This document shows positions 38,259 through 51,832 of a stretch of DNA of 64,000 bases, piece by piece. Location: NCBI GenBank assembly GCA_002633005.1, contig NMRA01000294.1, positions 481,999 through 545,998 on the forward strand, read 5' to 3'. Every line of letters starts with the position of its first letter. The first letter of the stretch is position 1. Both the position numbers and the translations under genes were made by a program. The notes beneath the pieces were generated by a model. The model worked only from the letters and a program-made list of their open reading frames with translations, had not been told where the DNA came from and made no database searches. Origin of the DNA: Phoronis australis (taxonomy: Eukaryota; Animalia; Phoronida).

Positions 38259-40077
38259 TAAGCACTTTCTTTCAGTGTATCCTTGAGTCAAAATCAATGT
38301 GGCTACCTGGTCCATTGTTCGACAAGAAAATTGCTATCCTTAGCGCCTAATGAATGTCTTGGTGATTATATTTGATCCTAACGGCATTCTCTGATGTACA
38401 AACATTCCAAATTTAATCTTTACGAAGTTCACAGAACAAATGTATCCGTTTTCTTCTGAGCCTATCTGCTAGACCCCACTTTAATGAGTATCATTTCAGA
38501 TCATTTAGCTGGCGTGTGGAAGACCGTATTTGTTGATAGTGGAATAATGCAGACCCGGTTACCTGTCAGGTAATTTCATAGTTGTAACATTCTTTTGTCA
38601 TTTCACATCATGGTATCCACACTAAAAATGCCTTCAGTTCAACTGGATCTAAACTGTGAAATAGCTTACTATTACACCTGGTTTTACCTAGCAAGTCTTC
38701 ATATCCGTTTTCAAGACTAATGAACGGGTCAATGTATCACCTGACCCACAAAACATGCAACAACAGTTATTTTAAGGGTTTTCATACCTACTAGACATAC
38801 TCATTAACAGAAAAATGTCTTCCAACATCCAGGTATCGGAAATGGGTTAGAATAACACCATTTCCCAAGATGGCCGGCGTTGACGTTTTGAAATCAACAA
38901 ACCAGCTAGAACTGCTTTAATAATCATGGCATGGTTTTTGGTCTAGTTCGTGGTTTTAAAGACAAGACAATCAACTGATGGAGATGAAATTCACATCTGA
39001 CTAAAATTTTGACTGGTTTAAGAATCAAAAATCCTAGTATTCATTTTTATCCTGCACGGATTGTTTTTGGTGGGTCACTGTTCTGTGTGACTGTTATAGG
39101 TGGGTCACTGTTCTGCATCTCATCTGAAATGAATTGGGACTAGAGGACGCTTTGCCTTATGACAGAAAAATGTCACTTTAAACTGTATCTCTGTAAATAA
39201 CCTGCCACCTGGTGTCAAATGAACACTACGGCATTGCAAAGTTTTGGTACTGGAAAATTTTATATTCACGATTTTTGTTCCAAAAATGGAGGCAGGTATT
39301 TTTAAAGTGCGAATTTTGACCAATGAACAGGTGTGAAATTCTAAAAAATGACATGCAAAACTTCATCGTTTTGTCAAAAATATTGGTTGGGGCCAAGGTG
39401 ATTGGGCAACAGGTGCCAGTGATTTTATTATAAGTGAATACTACAAGTGAACTTTTAGGTAATTCACCGTACGTAATAGAATGCCCATTAGATTGTCTTA
39501 TCTCACTGTCTTCAAGTTCCTATAAGATTTGATATACTGGGTTGTCACATCACGTTGCTTAACAGAGTTCACGCGCAGACGTACAATGCAAATACAAATC
39601 CATGCTTTGTGCATTTGCGGCGGGGCGTTTCCAAGGCCGAGGATCAGTTTGAAATATAGTGGTTTACCATCTACTACACATGAGTAATGGAACACCACCG
39701 CCATCAGCATAGACAAATCTAACAGCCAACTCAGATCCTCCTTTGGTTGTTCCCACTAGTGTTTGTTCAATGACTATATCACAGGTAAGGTCTGCCAAAT
39801 TGGTTTATTCAGTAGATCACATTTGAAACGTTCCATGCATAGCTGGCCTTTATCTCTCCAGATCAGTCATTTTTTGTACATGAATGTAGAAGTAAGCTTA
39901 AGATCTAACCGCGACATATGTTGGCGTGAGCATAAGTCTTCAAGTTATGCGTCTTGATCATTCGCTCGCGTAGTATGGACCATCTTTAACAGACCACTCA
40001 CAACTGATTCATTTTGGGTTGTGCAACAAGTTCCAATTTTCTTCGTGTCCAGTTTGTTAATGATTTCTCAACACTAT

Positions 40078-40238
40078 CAGGGGCGAATCCAGGATTTTGA
40101 GTTAGGGGAGCCAGGGCACAGTATCAACCAGGATTTTGCCCGTCAGACATTCGCACCCCCGAACTGCCAAATGGAATATGGGAGAATTTTAAGAGGGGCA
40201 TGGCCCCCTTCCCCCCCCCCTCCCTAAGTCCGCCACTG
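40078..40238. mobile_element. 161-bp hAT-like MITE with 5-bp TSD ACTAT
   Basis: ACTAT|CAGGGGCGAATCC ... GTCCGCCACTG|ACTAT; duplicate at 45966-46127. Confidence 0.85.
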
Positions 40239-40596
40239 ACTATCAAGCGAGAGGTCACCATTCATCAAAGAGTAACATAACTTCTTAATATTGTCTAACT
40301 TGACTGCAAACTTAGGCGCCCATTTCAAATGTCTCAATCATTCAAAGGAGACATTTGTCCGCCAGTAGGTGGAGCCAAAATACAACAGACATCATATGAA
40401 CTAAAGCATTAGCACTAGAACATGGCTGCTTAAAATGAAGCGTATTCATTATCTCCTGTCACCTTATTTAAAATACAAGTATTAATTCCCAGAATATGTA
40501 AACCCTCTTATCACAGACTCACAGATTTGGAATAACTCGAATTTGATGTTTCGAAGAACATGCACTTCGAACCAATATTCTTTGATATCAGTACAT

Positions 40597-41887
40597 ATAA
40601 GTTATACAACGTACGTGTTTGTACCAGTATATCGAGATTCGTGATATGCACAAGTATTTGAACGAGGGTGAAGCTCATTGAACACGGAAAAGTAGTTCTG
40701 TCCATATCAAACCTCACAATACGACCCTATTTCATGGCCATACAATCACGCGTATAGGATAAATTGTGTTATACCACAATACCAGCCTCGAATGGCCAAT
40801 ATATATATACTCGGGTTTCGCTCTCGTTCAAATACTTTTGCATATCACGAATCTCGATATAATAACCACTTGATACAATCACGTACGTTGTATAACCTAT
40901 TTATCCTATACGCCCCACTGACGATTCTTTAAAGAAGCGGGTTTACACAGATTGCTCCGCTTGTCTCGGTGTCGTTTGCCATCTTTTATCAATGATGATC
41001 GCAAATCGCGTGACACACATACGTGCATGCAATATTTTTATGAATGAATTTTTGCTGCCTGCATGACACGACAGTTAGTTCTATTTGACAGCAGCTACAG
41101 ACTATTTTCAGTATTTTCCTCTGAGATTGAGCTAAATCTATATCTAACTTAAAGTTTGCTTACATTTCTGACGATTTTTCTTGACTTTGTTGAGTAATAT
41201 CTGTGCAGGACACCCAGACGTTGTGGCTGATGCACGTTCAGACGCTTCTTAAAATGCTTCTTGCGCGCAGTACTTATAATTTTTAGGTTGAAAGTATTCC
41301 GAACTTTATCACAAAGTTGACAAAAATACAATATTTACTGCACTTGCAGTTTTGTTTTTGGGCTCGACATATTTTGATTGTTTTGAGAACGAATTTAAAA
41401 ATTGACTCATATTTGACCGTAAAGAACCTCAACTGATGTAGTGCAATAGCTGACCAAAAGGCGGCATGCATTGGTAATGCATATTGCTTTCCTAATCCCG
41501 TATTACGTTGTGGCTAGTTCGAGACTTTGTGATTTAAGTGTTCTGCTCAGGCGCAAAATTACAAGGTATATTAAGAAAAATTGTCAATAATATTTTTATT
41601 TCCCGTTTTTGTTTAGTTTTGGTAACGCATATCATAGTATTGGCATGTAAAAATATTGCGCACAGAGCTGAACCCAAAGTGATGCCATATATCATGTTTT
41701 ATAAGTTATTGTGTATTGTCTGCTCAGTTGCGAATTTTGGCGAGAAAAGAGGCATCCGCATTCAACGCTCGTCGAATACGGAAAATTCATAATCAACGCG
41801 CTTTGAATACGGAAAAGTAGTTCATCCATATAAAACTTCACAATTCGACCCGTATTTCATGGCCATACCATCACGTGTATAGGATAA
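40597..41887 (-). mobile_element. Family Y non-autonomous dumbbell element, copy 1
   Basis: ATAAGTTATACAAC..(inverted arms ~90 bp)..GTTGTATAACCTAT|TTATCCTATAC....GTATAGGATAA. Confidence 0.7.
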
Positions 41888-41889
41888 AT

Positions 41890-42730
41890 TCGTGTAATAA
41901 CCCATTTAGTTGTCACACTAGTGAAATAACGTTTTGCCAGAAACCGAAGCCGGTTTCGAAACCGGACTGCAAGAGTTTCGGGTCGTCGACTTTACCATTG
42001 CAGCACTCAGCGGCTTACGTCATTGAACGTGAAAATAGAATACTTGAATGAGCACGCGCAACAATCGCATGTTCAACAAAGGGCATTGTACCGACATTTA
42101 TACGCCATGAAAAATAAGACGCATAATTTTCATAAAAAAGATATTTTAATTCAGTGAAATTTTTCTCTCATGTTCTCATACTTGTAAATCACCGATATCC
42201 AATTAGAATGCGGGTATCGTGTCGTCGGGATCCTTTGACTTGAGCATTATACTCAGTTACCAGTGGTAACCTACTTTTGCAGACGATATTTTCACGGTCG
42301 AAGCTTAGCGTGATACAATGTGTAGTAGGCCTAAGCTATAATAGTTGCTAAATCTTAACTTATAGATTTACTTTATATCTATTTTGTTTGAATTTTCAAT
42401 TGGTTTTGATTAAAAGCGTTATTTGGCAAAAATAGCTCGGCTTTTCTTAAAAGGTCACGACTTCTGACCCCGGGCCTCTGACATAGAAAGTAGTTATAAA
42501 GCCGAGGCGAGTCAAGAAAGGTAGATCGATTCATTGCAATGTTTAACGTTCAGTATGAGGTATAAATAGATTATTACATGTTCTCAGTCGTTTTCCCCCT
42601 TATCTAGAGTCCTCCTGGATTTTGGAGATTTATGACCCTCGGGGCTAATGCCGCTCGGGTGACAATTCCTTAAAATCCACTCGGGCTCTAGAATACGGGG
42701 GATAACGACTTCGTCAATGCAATAATCTAT
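41890..42730 (+). mobile_element. Family X element (lacking first ~35 bp), abutting family Y
   Basis: Collinear with 13537-13641, 13062-13386 and 14640-15113; terminal hairpin at 42566-42730. Confidence 0.85.
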
Positions 42731-42965
42731 ATTTATCTCATTACGAGGGATGGAGGTAACTGAAGCCTCCATGCCCATTCCGTGGAAGGTATCTTTGCCA
42801 TCAGTTATGATTCTTACGTGATTTACATTGCGCTGACAACGCTGAAAGTTCAGATCCACCTGATCCATCTTAGAGCAAATGGAGGGATGTACAACATGCT
42901 GCATCATTATCAAACCACTCACCTTTCTCATACGATGCGCTTTGGCTCACATTACGCAGGATTAT

Positions 42966-43642
42966 NNNNNNNNNNNNNNNNNNNNNNNNNNNNNNNNNNN
43001 NNNNNNNNNNNNNNNNNNNNNNNNNNNNNNNNNNNNNNNNNNNNNNNNNNNNNNNNNNNNNNNNNNNNNNNNNNNNNNNNNNNNNNNNNNNNNNNNNNNN
43101 NNNNNNNNNNNNNNNNNNNNNNNNNNNNNNNNNNNNNNNNNNNNNNNNNNNNNNNNNNNNNNNNNNNNNNNNNNNNNNNNNNNNNNNNNNNNNNNNNNNN
43201 NNNNNNNNNNNNNNNNNNNNNNNNNNNNNNNNNNNNNNNNNNNNNNNNNNNNNNNNNNNNNNNNNNNNNNNNNNNNNNNNNNNNNNNNNNNNNNNNNNNN
43301 NNNNNNNNNNNNNNNNNNNNNNNNNNNNNNNNNNNNNNNNNNNNNNNNNNNNNNNNNNNNNNNNNNNNNNNNNNNNNNNNNNNNNNNNNNNNNNNNNNNN
43401 NNNNNNNNNNNNNNNNNNNNNNNNNNNNNNNNNNNNNNNNNNNNNNNNNNNNNNNNNNNNNNNNNNNNNNNNNNNNNNNNNNNNNNNNNNNNNNNNNNNN
43501 NNNNNNNNNNNNNNNNNNNNNNNNNNNNNNNNNNNNNNNNNNNNNNNNNNNNNNNNNNNNNNNNNNNNNNNNNNNNNNNNNNNNNNNNNNNNNNNNNNNN
43601 NNNNNNNNNNNNNNNNNNNNNNNNNNNNNNNNNNNNNNNNNN
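42966..43642. other. Assembly gap separating the duplicated copies
   Basis: Run of N. Confidence 1.
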
Positions 43643-46485
43643 GTCCTAATTTTCCTATTCTATGTTTCTCTCTCCCGATATTCTGCCTACTAGTGATATT
43701 TTGGTGCGCCTCAGGTGCCTGAGCCCAGCCATGTGTGCCCAATTGGTAAAACGCTTAACTTTCAGAGAAAATACGCATTATATACTGTATGTCGCATGCG
43801 TGTGCTTACGTCTTGCAAGTAGGTCTCTTAAGATAATAATATATAAGACTATGTATATTACTGGGCTCTACTTAAATAATGAAGATAATATTTGGTTGAT
43901 TTTTTTGGAAAATCAAGTAAAGCAATTTATTAAAGGTGGTGGCAAATCCAGTTTGTTTCACCTTCAATTTTTCATTTTCCAAAACACAAAATTGACTCCC
44001 GATATATAGAAAATATGGGTAGGGCCAGGTGAGCGTGGGGGCGGGGTAACAAAAGGCCGGGGGAACACCTTGACGGGGGGAATATCGGAACCGGGGAATA
44101 TTGGTTGGGGAACATAGGGAAGGGGTAACATGGGGAGCGGGGAACAATTTAAGCACTTTCTTTCAGTGTATCCTTGAGTCAAAATCAATGTGGCTACCTG
44201 GTCCATTGTTCGACAAGAAAATTGCTATCCTTAGCGCCTAATGAATGTCTTGGTGATTATATTTGATCCTAACGGCATTCTCTGATGTACAAACATTCCA
44301 AATTTAATCTTTACGAAGTTCACAGAACAAATGTATCCGTTTTCTTCTGAGCCTATCTGCTAGACCCCACTTTAATGAGTATCATTTCAGATCATTTAGC
44401 TGGCGTGTGGAAGACCGTATTTGTTGATAGTGGAATAATGCAGACCCGGTTACCTGTCAGGTAATTTCATAGTTGTAACATTCTTTTGTCATTTCACATC
44501 ATGGTATCCACACTAAAAATGCCTTCAGTTCAACTGGATCTAAACTGTGAAATAGCTTACTATTACACCTGGTTTTACCTAGCAAGTCTTCATATCCGTT
44601 TTCAAGACTAATGAACGGGTCAATGTATCACCTGACCCACAAAACATGCAACAACAGTTATTTTAAGGGTTTTCATACCTACTAGACATACTCATTAACA
44701 GAAAAATGTCTTCCAACATCCAGGTATCGGAAATGGGTTAGAATAACACCATTTCCCAAGATGGCCGGCGTTGACGTTTTGAAATCAACAAACCAGCTAG
44801 AACTGCTTTAATAATCATGGCATGGTTTTTGGTCTAGTTCGTGGTTTTAAAGACAAGACAATCAACTGATGGAGATGAAATTCACATCTGACTAAAATTT
44901 TGACTGGTTTAAGAATCAAAAATCCTAGTATTCATTTTTATCCTGCACGGATTGTTTTTGGTGGGTCACTGTTCTGTGTGACTGTTATAGGTGGGTCACT
45001 GTTCTGCATCTCATCTGAAATGAATTGGGACTAGAGGACGCTTTGCCTTATGACAGAAAAATGTCACTTTAAACTGTATCTCTGTAAATAACCTGCCACC
45101 TGGTGTCAAATGAACACTACGGCATTGCAAAGTTTTGGTATTGGAAAATTTTATATTCACGATTTTTGTTCCAAAAATGTAGGCAGGTATTTTTAAAGTG
45201 CGAATTTTGACCAATGAACAGGTGTGAAATTCTAAAAAATAACATGCAAAACTTCATCTTTTTGTCAAAAATATTGGTTGGGGCCAAGGTGATTGCGCAA
45301 CAGGTGCCAGTGATTTTATTATAAGTGAATACTACAAGTGAACTTTTAGGTAATTCACCGTACGTAATAGAATGCCCATTAGATTGTCTTATCTCACTGT
45401 CCTCAAGTTCCTATAAGATTTGATATATTGGGTTGTCACATCACGTTGCTTAACAGAGTTCACGCGCAGACGTACAATGCAAATACAAATCCATGCTTTC
45501 TGCAGTTGCGGCGGGGCGTTTCCAAGGCCGAGGATCAGTTTGAAATATAGTGGTTTATCATCTACTACACATGAGTAATGGAACATCACCGCCAACAGCC
45601 TAGGCAAATCTAACAGCCAACTCAGATCCTCCTTTGGTTGTTCCCACTAGTGTTTGTTCAATGACTATATCACAGGTAAGGTCTCCTAAAATTGGTTTAT
45701 TCAGTAGATCACATTTGAAACGTTCCATGCATAGCTGGCCTTTATCTCTCCAGATCAGCCATTTTTTGTACATGAATGTAGAAGTAAGTTTAAGATCTAA
45801 CCGCGACATATGTTGGCGTGACCATAAGCCGTCGAGTTATGCGTCTTGGTCATTCGCGTAGTATGGACCATCTTTAACAGCCCACTCACAACTGATTCAT
45901 TTTGGGTTGTGCAACAAGTTCCAATTTTCTTCATGTCCAGTTTGTTAATGATTCCTCAACACTATCAGGGGCGAATCCAGGATTTTGAGTTAGGGGAGCC
46001 AGGGCACAGTATCAACCAGGATTTTGCCCGTCAGACATTCGCACCCCCGAACTGCCAAATGGAATATGGGAGAATTTTAAGAGGGGCATGGCCCCCTTGC
46101 CCCCCCCCCTCCCTAAATCCGCCTCTGAATATCAAGCGAGAGGTCACCATTCATCAAAGAGTAACATAATTTCTTAATCTTGTCTAACTTGACTGCAAAT
46201 TTAGGCGCCCACTTCAAATGTCTCAATCATTCAAAGAAGGCATTCGTCCGCCAGTAGGTGGAGCCAAAATACACCAGACATCATATGAACTAAAGCATTA
46301 GCACTAGAACATGGCTGCTTCCAATGAATCGTATTCATTATCTCCTGTCACCTTATTTAAAATACAAGTATTAATTCCCAGAATATGTTAACCCTTATAT
46401 CACAGACTCACAGATTTGGAATAACTCGAATTTGATGTTTCGAAGAACATGCACTTCGAACCAATATTCTTTGATATCAGTACAT

Positions 46486-47822
46486 ATAAGTTATACAACG
46501 TGCCAGTTTGTACCAGTTGTTATTATATCGAGATTCGTGATATCCACAAGTATTTGAACGAGGGTGAAGCTCATTGAACACGGAAAAGTAGTTCTTAAAC
46601 CTCACAATACGACCCTATTTCATGGCCATACTGTCACGCGTATAGGATAAATTGTGTTATACCACAATACCAGCCTCGAATGGCCAATATATATACTAGG
46701 GCTTCGCTCACGTTCAAATACTTTTGCATATCACGAATCTCGATATAATGACCACTTGATACAATCACGTACGTTGTATAACCTATTTATCCTATACGCC
46801 CCACTGAGGATTCTTTAAAGAAGCGGGTTTACACAGATTGCTCCGCTTGTCTCGGTGTCGTTTGCCATCTTTTATCAGTGCTGATCGCAAATCGCGTGAC
46901 ACGCATACGTGCACGCAATATTTTTATGAATGAATTTTTGCTGCCTGTATGACACGACAGTTAAGTTCTATTTTACATCAGCTACAGGATTGGGGTGCAT
47001 ATCTGCTATTTTCAGTATTTTCCTCTGAGATTGAGCTAAATCTATATCTAACTTAAAGTTTTCTTACATTTCTGACGATTTTTCTTGACTTTGTTGAGTA
47101 ATATCTGTGCAGGATACCCAGACGTTGTGGCTGATGCACGTTCAGACACTTCTTAAAATTCTTCTTGCGCGCAGTTCTTATAATTTTTGGGTTGAAAGTA
47201 TTCCGAACTTTATCGTAAAATTGACAAAAATGCAATATTTGCTGCAGTTGCAGTTTTGTTTTTGGGCTCGACATATTTTGATTGTTTTAAGAACGAATTT
47301 AAAAATAGACTCATATTTGACCGTAAAGAACCTCAACTGGTGTAGTGCAATAGCTGACCAAAAGGAGGTATGCATTGGTAATGCATATTGCTTTCCTAAT
47401 CCCATATTATATTGTGGCAAGTTCGAGACTTTGGGATTTAAGTGTTCTGCTCAGTCGCAAAATTTCAAGGTATATTAAGAAAAAATGTCAACAATATTTT
47501 TATTTCACGTTTTTGTTTAGTTTTGAAAACGCATATCATAGTATTGGCATGTAAAAATATTGCGCACGGAGCTGAACCCAAAGTGATGCCATATATTATG
47601 TTTTATAAGTTGTTTAGTATTGTCTGCTCAGTTGGGAATTTTGGCGAGAAAAGAGGCATCCGTATTCAACGCGCGTTGAATACGGAAAATCCATATTCAA
47701 CGCGCGTTGAATACGGAAAATTCCTATTCAACGCGCTTTGACTACGGAAAAGTAGTTCATCCATATAAAACTTCACAATTCGACCCGTATTTCATGGCCA
47801 TACCATCACGTGTATAGGATAA
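46486..47822 (-). mobile_element. Family Y element, copy 2
   Basis: Same termini and internal junction (AACCTAT|TTATCCTATAC at 46780-46797) as 40597-41887. Confidence 0.7.
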
Positions 47823-47824
47823 AT

Positions 47825-48665
47825 TCGTGTAATAACCCATTTAGTTGTCACACTAGTGAAATAACGTTTTGTCAGAAACCGAAGCCGGTTTCGAAACCGG
47901 GCAGCAAGAGTTTCGGGTCGTCAACTTTACCATTGCATCACTCAGCGGCTGACGTCATTGAACGTGAAAATAGAATACTTGAATGAGCACGCGCAACAAT
48001 CGCATGTTCCACAAAGGGTATTGTACCGACATTTATACGCTATGAAAAATAAGACGCACAATTTTCATAAAAACGATATTTTAATTCAGTGAAATTTTTC
48101 TCTCATGTTCTCTTACTTGTAAATCACCGATATCCTATTAGAATGCGGGTATCGTGTCGTCGGTATCCTTTGACTTGAGCATTATACTCAGTTATCAGTG
48201 GTAACCTACTTTTGCAGACGATATTTTCACGGTCGAAGCTTAGCGTGATACAATGAGTAGTAGGCCTAAGCTATAATAGTTGCTAAACCTTAATTTATTG
48301 ATTTACTGTATATCTATTTTGTTTGAATTTTCAATTAGTTTTGATTAAAAGCGTTATTTGACAAAAATAGCTCGGCTTTTCTTAAAAGGTCACGACCTCT
48401 GACCCCGGGCCTCTGACATAGAAAGTAGTTATAAAGCCGAGGCGAGTCGAGAAAGGTAGATCGATTCATTGCAAAGTTTAACGTTCAGTATGAGGTATAA
48501 ATAGATTATTACATTTTCTCAGTCGTTATCCCCCTTATCTAGAGCCCTCGTGGATTTTGTAGATTGATGACCCTCGGGGCTAATGCCGCTCGGGCGACAA
48601 TTCTTTAAAATCCACTCGGGCTCGAGAATACGGGGGATAACGACTTCGTCAATGCAATAATCTAT
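47825..48665 (+). mobile_element. Family X element (duplicate of 41890-42730)
   Basis: Terminal hairpin at 48501-48665. Confidence 0.85.
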
Positions 48666-51600
48666 ATTTATCTCATTACGAGGGATGGAGGTAACTGAAG
48701 CCTCCAAGCCCATTCCGTGGAAGGTATCTTTGCCATCAGTTATGATTCTTACGTGATTTACATTGCGCTGACAACGCTGAAAGTTCAGACCCACCTGAAA
48801 CATCTTAGAGCAAATGGAGGGATGTACAACATGCTGCATCATTATCAAACCACACACCTTTCTCATACGATGCGCTTTGGCTCACATTACGCAGGATTAT
48901 CTCTAGAAATTTTTATTGATATAGGTGATGCACTTGCACGACAATACCTACCTGAAGTGGTGCTATGACCGAGGTCCTTCCAGTACCACCCAACCAGCAA
49001 ATGGTCCAACATGTATCGAAGTCTACCAAGAAGAAATACCAATGCTCGTTCAAGTTCAAGTTCTGATTTGGTTAGCGATCAGTTACAGATTGTACATTTA
49101 TTTTGGTATGGCATTTAATCAGAATTTGTGCCGTCTCGATTGTGACCTTTTTTCGTACCTCTCCATTTCCTTCTAGTTGAAGTTATCTCAACGGATGCTC
49201 AAATTTGATTCTATGTACACCAGTGGGTTGCTCACCACTTAAAGCTATAGATTAGAATAAAAATACTTCTCTATGACAATTATCGAAGAAGTTAAAGCTG
49301 TTTTATTGATTTTAAAACGTCTTGGCTTCCATTTTAGAAAAGAGTAGTTTCAAGTCATTTCCGGTGGTCCTGTTTTGTTACTTTTTCGTGTAAACAGGCA
49401 CACCCAGTAATGTCTAAAACCACTGTAACGTCTTTTTCTGCAGATTAAGTGGCGTTTTACCTCGAGTTGACCCGTTTATGAAGTAAAAAAATCCTTTTGA
49501 TGATCAGGTACCAGATGACGAAAATTATTATATTTATATTTTACTTATTTTGCAATAAGCTAAACTCGTGCCGACAGCACTCGTTAGACTTCATTGATAT
49601 GTTTGGCTTGTTTCATAGGGTAGTATTTCCTTTACATTGGTTTGTATTTTGTTGTATGTCATATTTTTCATGAGCTTTGCCCATTAAATAAGGACCGCTT
49701 TCTTTTTCGTGTCATTTAGGACAACCTTCCTGATACCAACAAACGTAATCTAGCGAGGTCTCGTTTATTTTGAAATTCGGTACCAAAGTGTGAAATTAAA
49801 GGGGTATCACACCCGATTTTGACCTATGAACAGATATTAAAAACGACGTTTCCACCTAGTTCTCTGAAAAACAATGCTTTGTAATATTCGACAACCCTCA
49901 AATGTTTCGAAAAAATTTGAAAATTCCTTGCAAAGTCTGCTAAACGGGCCACCCTCCTACAACCACAGTATCCTATTTGTGACAAAGAAAGTGTGAGTTT
50001 TTATTTGAAACCAATGATTTGGGACGCCAATGATACAGGGATTGGTTGAAATCCCCAAAACAAGGTTTAGTATCCTTTTGAATATAGACCTGGGTCATAC
50101 GAGCCACTGTGAATGAGTGTTTTTCGTTGACTCCTCCTATACACATACAGTGATGTGAAGGAGTGTATGTTTGAAAGTGGAGTGAGATTCAATGTCTCAC
50201 AGACGTGGAATCATCTTAAACAAGATAAACACCCGTCACCAGGTGTCGCAGAAGCTTGAATAAGTCGGCATTGGCCGACAAAACGAAGTGTGCAATTTTC
50301 AAGTTATTCCAGTAAAGAATTATAATTTGTGCAAATCATATTTCAACACTCGGTGATTGACAACCTCCATCAATATATTTTTCATAGTCATAATATAAAT
50401 TTGATGGTAGGCTTTCACTCTGATATCCCCACGTGACGAAGAACTGTTTGCACTTCGAAAGTTGGTTTTGCTACCCGAAATAAAGTTGCAATTTAATATT
50501 TATATGTTATCCATCCATCTATCAAAGAACAATGCTATTTGATCTCTCCATGCTGACATTTCCTGGCTTTTTGATGGCAAACTATGCATTTTGACATGAT
50601 TGTACGTTATATTAGCGTTAAACTAATTCGAACAAATGGTCAAACGTCAACCAATGCATGAAAAATTTGGTACAGGCGTTGCTCACGGATGCAAGTCCAC
50701 GAGCATTGGGAATGTTAGGAAAATTGAATGTGTTTTGAAGCGTCTGACGTTTCAAGCTAAAAAATTAATTACGTACCACTTTGAAGCGGTTAACTTGCGC
50801 GAACAGATTTTAATCATTCCAATGTCTCCGAAAATTTGCTGTTGAATTGAATACAAGGCTAATTGAACACAATAATTTTAAAAACCGTCAATTGCAGGCA
50901 ATTATAAATCAAGATTAGAACAGCAGATGACTTTAATAATACATGACATTTTTTCACTATACTCCAATACTGATAGTATGGTAATGTCTGGGATTTTAAC
51001 TGGTGAGGCCTGAGGAACTTGATTTCATAGTGAAATCTTGGCTGTAGTAGTGAACATGTCCGAACATTTAACACAGTCTGAAAACGAAGCCCAAATTTAA
51101 TCATCGCTATTGTTGATCGTAAGTTAGGGTAGACAATCTTCCTCTTTCACGAACACCACACCGGCCAACCAGTGTTGTAAAAATAACTCCATCATGCCAT
51201 AATTTCATCTAGTTTACAGGATACAAGTTACACAACACTGAACCGATTGCTCTGCCGTGACTACAGTTGGTTTCCCAATAAGCAGCGATCTGTGTTCTTG
51301 AAAATTGCCATTGGCACTCCAGCACATCTGAGACGATCAAATTTTATCTTATTCTGCTGCGTGGTCTGTTTAGCTCAAGGCACTGTGAGTGCTTCGTATG
51401 TGTAATAACTAGCAACAGATAATAATTTCTGAGAATTCTAAAGTAAATTCATGACTAGGAACGCTTCACAACACGAAGAAAATCCTCTTTCGTCACGAAA
51501 GTTGCCTTTTTCCACGTCTCGTATGCTTCATTAATTGTTGCCAGCATTTGCTAATTGTGCTACCAGCACCAATTTATTTTTAACTACTGAAAGTGATATT

Positions 51601-51832
51601 CCAGATAACGTTCGTCAACGGGATAAATATTGTGATAAGGTATGCAAATTGGTGTTGGACTTAACGGTAGCTGACAAGGAATTTGCTATAATTTTACTTG
51701 GTAAGTAATTTTTGTTTAAAGTTAAGCTAGATGACTGCCTTACATTCAATGCAATCCTGAAAATGTTCAAATAAATTTATTTTCAGTACATGGGTTATGT
51801 TGCTTTGAAAGCATGGTGAAGAACGTTAAAGT

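Larger units (their letters stand above)
37752..42965 (+). repeat. ~5.2-kb direct duplication, copy 1
   Basis: Collinear with 43643-48900 (initial offset 5891); ends at the gap. Confidence 0.97.
39500..42965 (-). pseudogene. Academ-type transposase remnant (copy 1), split by a MITE and families Y and X
   Basis: Minus-strand motifs in order: SASYEK; NVNH..ITDGKDTFHGMG; [insertions 40597-42730]; HVL.ANAL; QL*V...KMV; MTDLE..PAMH.TF; DLTCDIVIEQTLVGTTKGGS. These match motifs I associate with Academ (CXC/Cys8) transposases; superfamily is from recall only. Confidence 0.65.
43643..48900 (+). repeat. ~5.2-kb direct duplication, copy 2
   Basis: Starts at the gap edge; same nested elements as copy 1. 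Confidence 0.97.
45390..48995 (-). pseudogene. Academ-type transposase remnant (copy 2, extends further 5')
   Basis: GRTSVIAPLQVGIVVQVHHLYQ*KFLEIILRNVSQSASYEK (~48980-48858), ITDGKDTFHGMG, LGDLTCDIVIEQTLVGTTKGG. Confidence 0.7.

Noticed and set aside
39498-39716. KLILGLGNAP resembling the pogo DDE motif LLLDNAP
   Set aside because: It lacks the Asp and lies collinear within the Academ-type remnant.
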